Of a stretch of DNA of 64,000 nucleotides, positions 19,257 through 27,826 are shown in pieces. The position numbers were made by a program, and so were the translations under genes. The stretch spans positions 1,120,001 to 1,184,000 of the forward strand of contig CBDFLE010000005.1 in the NCBI GenBank assembly GCA_965248925.1, in the 5' to 3' direction. The DNA is from Candidatus Multivoradales bacterium. GTDB lineage: Bacteria > Acidobacteriota > Thermoanaerobaculia > Multivoradales > J023. Numbering within the stretch: the first letter of the stretch is position 1; each line of letters opens with the position of its first letter. The notes below the pieces were generated by a model that had not been told where the DNA came from, searched no databases, and saw only the letters and a list, made by a program, of their open reading frames with translations.

Positions 19257-20060
19257 ATGAATCCTGTACCCGAGATCGCCCCGCTGCTCAAGCGACTCCG
19301 TCTGTCGGGAATCCTCGAGAGCCTCGAGGAGCGCAATCGTCAGGCGATCACCAAGAAGCTCCCGTACACCGACTTCCTCACCCTGCTCATCCAAGACGAA
19401 GTAGCGCGGCGCGACCAGAAGAAATTCGACCTGCGCCTGAGGCGTGCGGGTTTCCAGTCGAACAAGACGATCGAGAGCTTCGACTTCGACTTCAATCCGA
19501 GCGTCCACCGCGAGCTGCTCCAAGAGCTTGCGGCCTGCCGTTTCCTCGACGAGCACGTCTGCGTGCTGATCGCCGGACCGTGCGGGACCGGCAAGAGCCA
19601 CATCGCCCAGGCGCTGGGTCACTGCGCCGTACGCGCTGGCCACGACGTGCTCTTCACCACCACGAGCAAGCTCCTCGGCTCGCTCAACGCGGCGCGCGCC
19701 ACGGGCACCTTCGAGCGTCGCTTCCAGGCCGTCGCTCGCGTCGACCTGCTGATCCTCGACGACTTCGGCCTCAAGCCCTTACGGGCACCGCAGGACGAGG
19801 ATCTCCACGATCTGGTCGCAGAGCGTTACGAGCGCACCTCGACCGTCGTCACCAGCAACCTCGATTTCACCGAGTGGGGCGACGCCTTCACTAACCGCCT
19901 GCTAGGCGCCGCCACACTCGACCGTCTGCGAGACGCCGCATACCGCGTCGTTCTCGACGGCGAGAGCTACCGAAAACCCAGGCCCATGCCGAAAGCCAGA
20001 AAGGTCGCCGAGGCCGCAAGCAAGGACCAGAAGACGAAGAAGGGAGGCCACACGGCTTGA
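19257..20060 (+). CDS. istB: IS21 helper ATPase IstB
   Basis: GPCGTGKSH Walker A, LLILDDFG Walker B, TSN, ATLDRL. Confidence 0.95.
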   Translation: MNPVPEIAPLLKRLRLSGILESLEERNRQAITKKLPYTDFLTLLIQDEVARRDQKKFDLRLRRAGFQSNKTIESFDFDFNPSVHRELLQELAACRFLDEHVCVLIAGPCGTGKSHIAQALGHCAVRAGHDVLFTTTSKLLGSLNAARATGTFERRFQAVARVDLLILDDFGLKPLRAPQDEDLHDLVAERYERTSTVVTSNLDFTEWGDAFTNRLLGAATLDRLRDAAYRVVLDGESYRKPRPMPKARKVAEAASKDQKTKKGGHTA

Positions 20061-20346
20061 GCATCCGCGAGCCGGACCGGATGGGCTATGGAAGCTGCCA
20101 CTCCTACGGAAATCGCTACGCGATTACCGCATCCGTTTGGAAAACGCTGCGCGTTTCCCACAGCTCCCACAGCCCCGACGACGGTTTGGTTGCGATGGAT
20201 CAGGATAAGGAAGAAGAGGAAAGGCAGAGCTTGCCAACTGCCTCCTCACACGATAGACACAAACCGCCTGAGATCCTCGAACGAGCACTTCTGGGTGGCT
20301 CCATTACGCCGATCATGGGTGGCTCCATTAGGGCGGTCAGTGACAG

Positions 20347-20655
20347 CTATAGGCCAGCGAACTCTTCAAGCCAAAAGGCGGAGCCCAGCTTGGCGTTAGT
20401 CGCGTCAAGAAGGCCCACTTCGGGGTGGGTGACAGAGCCAAGATTCTCGCGCTCGGGCTCTCCATTGGCCAGCATCGGGCAAGAGATCAACGTTCCGTCT
20501 GGTGCGATGGCGACAAAACAGCCGTGGTCTTTCAGCGGTTGGAGCTGCACGCAGTTATTGCACGGGTCCAAGCCGGGACGACTTGCTGGCGGATAGTAGC
20601 TCTTGGAATAGCTGTGGTGGCAGGACGGGCATTCAAAGCCTTTGTCGTTGCTCAT
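20347..20655 (-). CDS. Small Cys-rich hypothetical protein (putative Zn finger)
   Basis: CPSC and CNNC pairs; GGAG RBS; directly downstream of the integrase. Confidence 0.55.
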   Translation of the reverse strand: MSNDKGFECPSCHHSYSKSYYPPASRPGLDPCNNCVQLQPLKDHGCFVAIAPDGTLISCPMLANGEPERENLGSVTHPEVGLLDATNAKLGSAFWLEEFAGL

Positions 20656-20710
20656 TTTGGATAGCTCCTAGTAGGGTGAGATTTTAATTCTTGGCTTGGG
20701 ATCTGGCAAA

Positions 20711-20734
20711 GGACGCTCGCATGAGCGGGCGTCC
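20711..20734 (-). terminator. Hairpin downstream of integrase
   Basis: GGACGCTCGC-ATGA-GCGGGCGTCC followed by TTT on the minus strand. Confidence 0.5.
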
Positions 20735-20742
20735 GGCATCTT

Positions 20743-21801
20743 CTAGGCTGCAAGGAAGTTCGCAGTCATGCGAGCGACTACGCTGGCGGTATGGCCGTCT
20801 GTCAGGTGGGCGTAGCGCTTGACCATGGCCAGCGTCTTGTGGCCCATAGCCTCGGCGAGTTCGGCCAACGTCGCGCCGCTCATCGCGAGGTAGCTGGCAA
20901 ATGTGTGGCGAAGATCATGGAACCGGAAATTTTTGAGGCCAGCTGCCTCACAAGTCCGCTGCCATTCGCCCTGGGGGAAGGACGTTGAGCCGGTACGGCT
21001 GGGAAAGACGAGATCGGTTCCGAGGCGTCGGGCGGTCTTCCACTGTGACAGTACCTCTTCGGCTAGCCCGCTGATGGTCAGTGAGCGGCGCTCGCCGTTC
21101 TTGGTGTGGTGGATGAGTGCCACTCCGCGATTAAAATCCACATCCCTCCATTTGAGGTTCAACAGCTCGCCGCGCCGTGCTCCGGTGCAAAGGGCCATCG
21201 CCACCAGCGGATAGAGACGGGGCTCGGTGCTGTCCTTACAGGCGGCAAGTAGCCGGCGCTTTTCGTCTTCGTCGAGGAAGCGAGCACGGCCACGTCCTTG
21301 AGCGGGTTTGACGACTCTCAGACAGGGGTTGTCGTCCATCCAGAACCATTCCTTGACACCAGCGCTGAACGCTCCGCTCAAGATGGTGAGGTAGCGATGC
21401 ACGGTACCCGCCGCTAGTTGCTTGCCAGAGATCCCCTTGCCGCTGGTCAGGCCGTCTCTTGCCTCGGCGATGATGGCGGGGGTGACCTGGCTGAGCCGTG
21501 TATTTTCTCCCAGCGCCTGGCACCACCACCGAAGATTACGGGCGGTGTCCTTGGCTCGTGCCAGCCGGGGGACTTTCACTTCGATGTAGCGATCGATAAG
21601 ATCGCCCACGGTGTGCTGTTCGGCTTCGGCTTCCGGCTGATAGCGGCGTTGCCGTATCGCCTCAGTCGTACTATCGCCCCATCGTTGGGCTTCGCGCCGC
21701 GTGGAAAAAGTCTCTGAAGCCCGAGGATGCCCCTTCAAGAAAATCTGTGCCCGATACCGGATCTTGCCCTTCGCCGTCGTACGCTTTTCGATGTGTGCCA
21801 T
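20743..21801 (-). CDS. Tyrosine recombinase / phage-type integrase
   Basis: TGARRGE, TKNG, FHDLRHT, MGH...KRYAHL catalytic residues; N-terminal arm-binding-like domain; GGAGG RBS. Confidence 0.95.
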   Translation of the reverse strand: MAHIEKRTTAKGKIRYRAQIFLKGHPRASETFSTRREAQRWGDSTTEAIRQRRYQPEAEAEQHTVGDLIDRYIEVKVPRLARAKDTARNLRWWCQALGENTRLSQVTPAIIAEARDGLTSGKGISGKQLAAGTVHRYLTILSGAFSAGVKEWFWMDDNPCLRVVKPAQGRGRARFLDEDEKRRLLAACKDSTEPRLYPLVAMALCTGARRGELLNLKWRDVDFNRGVALIHHTKNGERRSLTISGLAEEVLSQWKTARRLGTDLVFPSRTGSTSFPQGEWQRTCEAAGLKNFRFHDLRHTFASYLAMSGATLAELAEAMGHKTLAMVKRYAHLTDGHTASVVARMTANFLAA

Positions 21802-21905
21802 GAGTTCCTCCAAACAGGTCGTCCCCGTGGGACGGATTTCTGTGGGGTACTCAAGGGGAAGCACTGGCCAACAACGCCCCACTGCATACAAAACGTCGCG
21901 AGACG

Positions 21906-21955
21906 TAAGTTATTGCATTTGCAGTGGTTAAGCATGGTGGAGCGTTGTCGAGTAT
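21906..21955 (-). other. Putative att remnant: tRNA/tmRNA-like 3' end (CTCCACCA) next to IHF-like site
   Basis: Minus strand ACTCGACAACGCTCCACCA then TAACCACTGCAAATGCAATAACTTA, ~105-150 bp upstream of integrase start. Confidence 0.45.
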
Positions 21956-21989
21956 TGGGTTATCTCACTTTGAAAAGGAGAGAATCACC

Positions 21990-22225
21990 GGGTCTCAGAG
22001 CCCAAAAATCCCGTCGATTTCTTCCAAGCGCACACTCTGTAAGTGCTGGACCAGTCAGTGTTTAATCCCGTCGTACCCATGATGAGAGTAGCTTGCCACT
22101 TCGCGTCTTCTGGGTGTCAAGGGGCACTGGCGGCGCAGCACTCTGCCCTGTTGCCCCATGGTTCTCAACGGCGGGCCACACGAAACCGGTTGATGCAGAA
22201 GTCTGCCAGCTTCCGGCGCATGTCG
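21990..22225 (-). repeat. Copy 3 of dispersed non-coding element
   Basis: 25-mer at 22040-22064, -10 at 22090-22095, -35 at 22115-22120. Confidence 0.8.
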
Positions 22226-22271
22226 GCAGCGTGGACCGTATGTCCAGGTTTGTTAGGATGTCCAACATGGG

Positions 22272-23549
22272 ATGTCCAGCTTGATCGACCTTGGAGATGA
22301 GAAGCTCGCGACGACGCTGGTCATGATGCCTACGCGGCTCATGACCTGGATCGCCGTCGGGTTGAGTTCTGTTCTACTCTGTGCCGCCGACGGCGGAACC
22401 TGGCCCGGTCTGCAGACGGATCGCTTCGAGCTGGTCGAGAGCGAAGGCGAATTCTACTTGAAGGAAGCTCGCGAGCTGCCGATTCCGATTCCCCGAGAGT
22501 GGTTGATTCCCGAGGCGGAGTTGGCCCAGGCGGAGCATCGCTTTGTGGCGGGATTCGACTACGCGGAGCAAGTGAGCTCTTTCCCCATGGGCGACGGCCT
22601 CCTCGGCCTGCACTTGTCTTCCTACGAGATCCAGAGGTCGGGTTCGGCCATGGCCACGGACGGACGGGATGTCTTCTTGATCTTCGATCCCGCCAGCCGG
22701 GAAACCCGATTCGGGCTCGCCCTGCCCAGTTCCAAGTGGCGGGTGCGCGTCGGCGGCTGCTTTGCCGCTTATCACACCCGGCTCCTGGTCGGCGACGTCG
22801 ACTGTGACCGTCGCCTGGACCTGGCGACTCTGGTGACGCGCCGCGACTGTGATCCTAGTCCGGGGGAGAGCGGCGTCTACAGCGGGTACCTCCGGAGCGG
22901 GCCTTTGCACTGGTACCTGCAGACCGAGACAGCCTGGAGCCACGACTCGAGCTACGACGAGCGTCTGCCGTGCGCCGGCCACAGAGACCTGCCCCTCATC
23001 GGCTTGGTGAAACATCCAGTGCAATATGTCCTGGAGCGAATCCAGAGCGAGGCGCCTCTCCTCAATCGATCGGTTTTCATCCCCGCCGCCGGCCTCGCGA
23101 TGTCGATTCCCGCCGAGTGGCGCCTCGACCTGGAGCCGAAGGTGTCGGAGATGCGAGCCTACGGGCGGGCGGCACGTTTGCGAGTCCGGCTCACCCGAAA
23201 TGAGGAGGGAGTCGACCTGAGGACTTGGTTGGACGGCTACCTCGCCAACGAGAGATTCATGGCAGCGACGGTCAAGGACAATCTCCACCGGTTCGAGATC
23301 GAAACCGAGCCCTTCCCCTCATCGACCCGTATCGCGGGGTATCGGAGCCTCTTCGGCTGGGCGGCATCGGACCCTTCCCGGATCACCTACTTCCTCGCCA
23401 ACCTCGATGGCGACTTCGTCCAGATCCATCTCGAGCTGTCTCAGGACAAAACCGCCGATGTCTGGAGAGACCATGATCGCCGCATTCTCGGCAGTCTCGA
23501 GCTCAGGCCGGCAAGCCAGCAACATGCGGCTTCCGAGGCGCCTCCGTAG
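22272..23549 (+). CDS. Hypothetical exported protein
   Basis: 425-aa ORF with signal-peptide-like segment and a GDVDCD FG-GAP-like motif; start uncertain. Confidence 0.7.
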   Translation: MSSLIDLGDEKLATTLVMMPTRLMTWIAVGLSSVLLCAADGGTWPGLQTDRFELVESEGEFYLKEARELPIPIPREWLIPEAELAQAEHRFVAGFDYAEQVSSFPMGDGLLGLHLSSYEIQRSGSAMATDGRDVFLIFDPASRETRFGLALPSSKWRVRVGGCFAAYHTRLLVGDVDCDRRLDLATLVTRRDCDPSPGESGVYSGYLRSGPLHWYLQTETAWSHDSSYDERLPCAGHRDLPLIGLVKHPVQYVLERIQSEAPLLNRSVFIPAAGLAMSIPAEWRLDLEPKVSEMRAYGRAARLRVRLTRNEEGVDLRTWLDGYLANERFMAATVKDNLHRFEIETEPFPSSTRIAGYRSLFGWAASDPSRITYFLANLDGDFVQIHLELSQDKTADVWRDHDRRILGSLELRPASQQHAASEAPP

Positions 23550-23656
23550 GTGACGCCGTTCCCTACACTCCGGGCGAGGCTCACTCACGACCGAACGAGC
23601 AGAGCAGTCTTGTCCTTCCTGCTCTCTAGAAGTACGCTCGAAGCCAGGAGACAGTC

Positions 23657-24749
23657 ATGAGACAGGGCAAGGTGTTCGCGATCGTCGTGCTGGCCACCGC
23701 TTTGCCGGCGGCCGGTCAGTCGCGCCTTGATGCTAGAACCGGCTATCCGGGGGCGGCGGACGATAGCGCAGCCGTGCAGCGATTCACCACCGAGCCGACC
23801 ACCCAAACCATCGTCGGCGGACCCCGCCGGGGCTGGCCGCGGTCTCCTACGCTTCCGCCTTGGGTTCGGCGCTGATCAGCCACCCGGTCGATCGGAGCAG
23901 CCAAACCACGTCTACGCCGGCATCTTTCGCGCTCTGCCCTACGAGTCGGCCGCCATTGCCATCGACGGTGGTCGTGATCGCTACTGGGCTTCGCGCCTGG
24001 TGCGCTTTGTCGATCCTTTTGCCAGCGCTAAAGAACAGAGTTTCGTGCTCACAGCCGGCGCCCCGGCCGCCGAGTTGATGGTGGCGGAGTGACGGCCGTT
24101 GGCCAACCTACGGCTCAGTGTCGAGGTAGATCGAGTGGCGGCAACTTTGCATTTCTCGGACCGCGACCGAAACCAGAGCATCCTCCTCGAGACTGCCGAG
24201 GCCCCGGTGCTGTGGGATATCGAGCTCGCCCTCGCCTGGCGTCGCCACCCCTTCAGGTGGGATCACGCCACCGACTACGACATCCGTACTTTGCGCCTCT
24301 CCCTCACCACCCCGAACGGCAGCCCGGCGAAGGCTCGCTTGCACTACCTTGGCGATCCCCTACTGGCTGAAGAATCGGCCGCCTGCAAGGTGGTGGCGGC
24401 CAGCTTTCCTGAGAATCTACTCAACGGCGACCGCGCCGTGGTCAAGTTCCGCCCGCGCAACACCAGCCGCCGAGCCTGGGAGATCGAGGATCCCACTGCC
24501 CTGCAGCTGCGCTATGTCATCTTCAAAGATCAAACGCCGGAGAAGATCTTCAATCGTGAACTCATCGCCCTGCCCGAGCGAGTCATTCCCGGCCAGGAAG
24601 TCGACCTGCGCCTCGACATCCAATGCCCACAAACCCACGGCGTTTACCGCCTGGATTTCGACCTCGGGGCCGTCGGCCAGGAGTTTTTCAGCCACTGGCG
24701 GGGCAAACCGGTGCTCAGCAAGCTGATGCGGCTGCGCCGCCGCCGATGA
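23657..24749 (+). pseudogene. Fragmented hypothetical exported protein
   Basis: Signal-peptide ORF 23657-23875 shifts into the frame of 23727-24092, which continues past an in-frame TGA into 24099-24749. Confidence 0.5.
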
Positions 24750-24803
24750 CGGCGGTTAGAATCAATCCGTTCACAAATCTCAAACCCAACCGGGAGGATC
24801 ACT

Positions 24804-25478
24804 ATGGCCGCTATCAGCTTCCCCAACGAATCGGCGCAATACCGCCAAGCCCGCAACGCGCTGCTCGACAAAGAAATCGAAGTGCGCGAGCAGGTAGCGC
24901 AGCTGGGCGCCCTGCGACGCCGGCTGCCGTTGGGCGGCGAAGTGCCCCAGGATTACATCTTCGAAGAGCTGGCCGATGGCGAGGTGCGGCAAGTGCGCCT
25001 GTCGCAGCTCTTCCGGGCCGATCAGGAAGCGCTGTTTCTCTATGGATTCATGTACGGAGCGGAGATGCAGCAACCCTGCCCACTGTGCGCCTCTTTCATC
25101 GACGGCTTAGAAGGCAACGCACCGCAGCTCGGCGAACGTATGCAGATGGCCATCGCCGCCCGCTCGCCGATCCATCGGGTCGCCGAGTTCGCCACCCAAA
25201 GGGGGTGGAAGAGCCTCCGCGTCCTGTCCTCGGCCGACAGTGATTTCGCCCGCGACTATCGGGTCGAAACCGACGGCGGCGGCCAGATGCCGATGGCCAA
25301 CGTCTTCATCCGCCGTGACGGCGTCACCTACCACTTCTGGGGCAGCGAGATGCTCTACGCCGACCTCGAAGGCGATGCCCGCCACATCGACCTGATGTGG
25401 CCGCTGTGGAATCTCCTCGACACCCTGCCCGAGGGCCGTGGCGAGAGCTGGTATCCACCCTTGTGGCCAGCGGTCTGA
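24804..25478 (+). CDS. DUF899 thioredoxin-like protein
   Basis: RRRLPLG, CPLCAS, ARSP, WPLWNLLDTLPEGRG. Confidence 0.88.
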   Translation: MAAISFPNESAQYRQARNALLDKEIEVREQVAQLGALRRRLPLGGEVPQDYIFEELADGEVRQVRLSQLFRADQEALFLYGFMYGAEMQQPCPLCASFIDGLEGNAPQLGERMQMAIAARSPIHRVAEFATQRGWKSLRVLSSADSDFARDYRVETDGGGQMPMANVFIRRDGVTYHFWGSEMLYADLEGDARHIDLMWPLWNLLDTLPEGRGESWYPPLWPAV

Positions 25479-25564
25479 GGAACCGAAAGCCGCTCAATCC
25501 CGCGGCGGGTAGACTCGCAGCCCACCGCCCACTCCACCGGTCAGAGAACCCCAGAGGGGACCCG

Positions 25565-27118
25565 ATGAACTCACGCAGGCTTGCTTTACCCGTTTTCGGC
25601 CTAGTTTCGTTCGCCGTCTTGCTGGTGCTGGGGCACGGTGGTGGTCTGCGAGCCACCGACCTACACTTTGGCCCCTGGTCGCTAGTGCCGCCGATCGCGG
25701 CGGTGCTACTGGCAGTTCTGACTCGCCAGGTGATCCCCTCGTTAGCCATCGGCATCGCCCTGGGTGGAGCCATCGCCGGCAAACCCAATCTGGTGCAGGA
25801 TTTCCTGATTCCGTCGATCGGCAACGCTGACTATGCCTTGATCTTACTGGTTTACCTCTGGTGCCTGGGAGGACTGATCGGCCTGTGGACGCGCACCGGC
25901 GGTGCTCGCCACTTCGCCGAGGGGGCCGCGGCTCGATTCGTTTTCGGACCGCGCTCGGCGAAGCTCTTCAGCTGGGTGCTAGGGATGATCTTTCACCAAG
26001 GTGGCACCATTAGCACGGTGCTCACCGGCACCACCGTGCGGCCAATCGCCGACCGCTACCGGGTGTCGCATGAAGAGCTGTCTTACATCGTCGATTCCAC
26101 CGCCTCACCGGCGGCCACCATCTTGCCATTCAACGTTTGGCCGTTGTATGTCGGTGGCCTGATTGTCGGCACGGTGCCGATGATCGACACCCTCGGCGAT
26201 GCGGTAGGCTTCTTTTTCCGCGCCGTACCGCTGAACTTCTACGGCTTGTTCGCCATCTTGCTGACTCTCTTATTCGCCCTCGATCTTATTCCCTTCATGC
26301 CCGGAGGGCGCTGGGGCCACCGGCCGTGGGTGGTTGGACGGCGAATGTCCGCGGCGATCGTGCGCTCCCGCGACAGCGGCCAGCTCGACCGCCCCGGCTC
26401 GCAGCCGATGGCAGCGACTGAACTCTCAGAACTCAAGGTGGCGCCGGGCTACCGGCCCGGCTTGATCGACTTCTTCGGCCCGATCGGGGTGCTGCTGGGG
26501 GTGGCGATCATCCCCTTCGTCTACAGCAGTTGGATCGTCGGCGCCGAACGCCCCTCCCTACCCATCGCCGAAGCTTTTGCCCTGGCGCTGCTGGCCGGTG
26601 TCGCCATCGCCCTGGTCAAGGGCATGTCGCTCGGCGACACCGTCGATGGGATCGTCGACGGCTGCAAGGGAGTGACCATCGGCGCGCTAATCCTGGCCCT
26701 GGCTGTAACTCTCAAGCGAGTTGCCGACCAACTCGGCACGGCTACCTACATTGTCGATGTGGCCCAGGGAGTCTTGGTGCCGATTCTTCTACCCGCCTTG
26801 CTGCTGCTGCTGGCGATGGTGGTCGCTTTTGCCACCGGCACCTCCTGGGGCACCTACGCGGTGGTCTATCCAGTGGCCATGCCGCTGGCCTGGGCGATCC
26901 ACCCTGACCCCTTCTTTCTCAGCTTATGCTTTGGCGCGGTGCTCGGCGGCAGCACCTTCGGCGATCAATGCTCACCCATTTCCGACACCACCATTCTGTC
27001 GTCGATCGCCACCGGCGCCGACTTGATGGACCACGTCTACACCCAACTGCCCCTGGCACTGACCGCCGCCAGCGCTGCAGCCGTGCTCTACACACTGTTA
27101 GCTGGGTGGGTGCTGTAG
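25565..27118 (+). CDS. NhaC-family Na+/H+ antiporter-like transporter
   Basis: SLVPP, EELSYIVDSTASP, FATGTSWGT, FGDQCSPISDTTILSS, DHVYTQLP. Confidence 0.88.
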   Translation: MNSRRLALPVFGLVSFAVLLVLGHGGGLRATDLHFGPWSLVPPIAAVLLAVLTRQVIPSLAIGIALGGAIAGKPNLVQDFLIPSIGNADYALILLVYLWCLGGLIGLWTRTGGARHFAEGAAARFVFGPRSAKLFSWVLGMIFHQGGTISTVLTGTTVRPIADRYRVSHEELSYIVDSTASPAATILPFNVWPLYVGGLIVGTVPMIDTLGDAVGFFFRAVPLNFYGLFAILLTLLFALDLIPFMPGGRWGHRPWVVGRRMSAAIVRSRDSGQLDRPGSQPMAATELSELKVAPGYRPGLIDFFGPIGVLLGVAIIPFVYSSWIVGAERPSLPIAEAFALALLAGVAIALVKGMSLGDTVDGIVDGCKGVTIGALILALAVTLKRVADQLGTATYIVDVAQGVLVPILLPALLLLLAMVVAFATGTSWGTYAVVYPVAMPLAWAIHPDPFFLSLCFGAVLGGSTFGDQCSPISDTTILSSIATGADLMDHVYTQLPLALTAASAAAVLYTLLAGWVL

Positions 27119-27137
27119 GGAATAAGCCAAGAGAAGA

Positions 27138-27512
27138 TCAGTTGACCGAGTCTTCGGTCGAGTCGCCATCGGCAGCGTCAGATTCAGAGTCTTTGACGAT
27201 CTCCAAGTGCCCCTTGCCCGCCAGTTTTGCGAGATCTAGATCGGCAACGCAGCGCACCTTGACATAGTCCAACGACAAGGCACCCACCAAGCGTACCTTA
27301 CCTTCGCCTTTTTCGAAATCGGCCGCGGAGAGGTCTGACAATTCGCGGTCCAGCTCGAAACCGAGTTCCGTCCCCCCACGAGTACCGGTGAACAAGATAT
27401 GCACGTAGTCGCGCTCGATGCACTCACCGAGTTCGGCCGTGCCGTCTTCTTGGATCGAGCGGAATACCACCGGGTGGTCTCCTTGGGACAGTTTCTCAAC
27501 CAGCTCACTCAT
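27138..27512 (-). CDS. MbtH-associated-type domain protein (no MbtH domain)
   Basis: LVEKLSQGDHPV...YVHILFTGTRGGTELG...LDYVKVRCVADLDL...GHL, recalled from proteins annotated as MbtH domain protein. Confidence 0.6.
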   Translation of the reverse strand: MSELVEKLSQGDHPVVFRSIQEDGTAELGECIERDYVHILFTGTRGGTELGFELDRELSDLSAADFEKGEGKVRLVGALSLDYVKVRCVADLDLAKLAGKGHLEIVKDSESDAADGDSTEDSVN

Positions 27513-27826
27513 TTCAGCTCCTCGCAGGATAAACCGCCAAGGCCTGATGACAGCCCTGGGGAATTATTACGGCCAAAGTATAGCCGGTGGGGCCCTCTGC
27601 ACCAGCTTGGTTGTCAGCCATCCTACTCAGCAAAGACAATTTAGCGCTAACAGAGAACTTCTTTCTCAGGCCATTGGGCGAATCATTGGCGATCTCGATG
27701 GCAGCTCTTAGCCACGGATCTGGTGTCAAGGAATGGAGACCACTCAGCAGCCCCGAGAATGGAGAAATGCAAAGCTGCCCGAGGAATAGGAACCGCTTGC
27801 CCACACACACGGCGCGCGGGCAAGGT

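Larger units (their letters stand above)
17560..20345 (+). mobile_element. IS21-family insertion sequence
   Basis: TGTCAGTGACCGCCC.../...GGGCGGTCAGTGACA IRs with repeated ATGGAGCCA boxes; istA + istB; no target duplication. Confidence 0.92.

Noticed and set aside
20743-21801. Integrase as integron integrase IntI
   Set aside because: Lacks the IntI-specific insertion and has a phage-type N-terminal domain
24090-24092. Selenocysteine TGA
   Set aside because: No redox motif context or evident SECIS, and the gene also appears frameshifted
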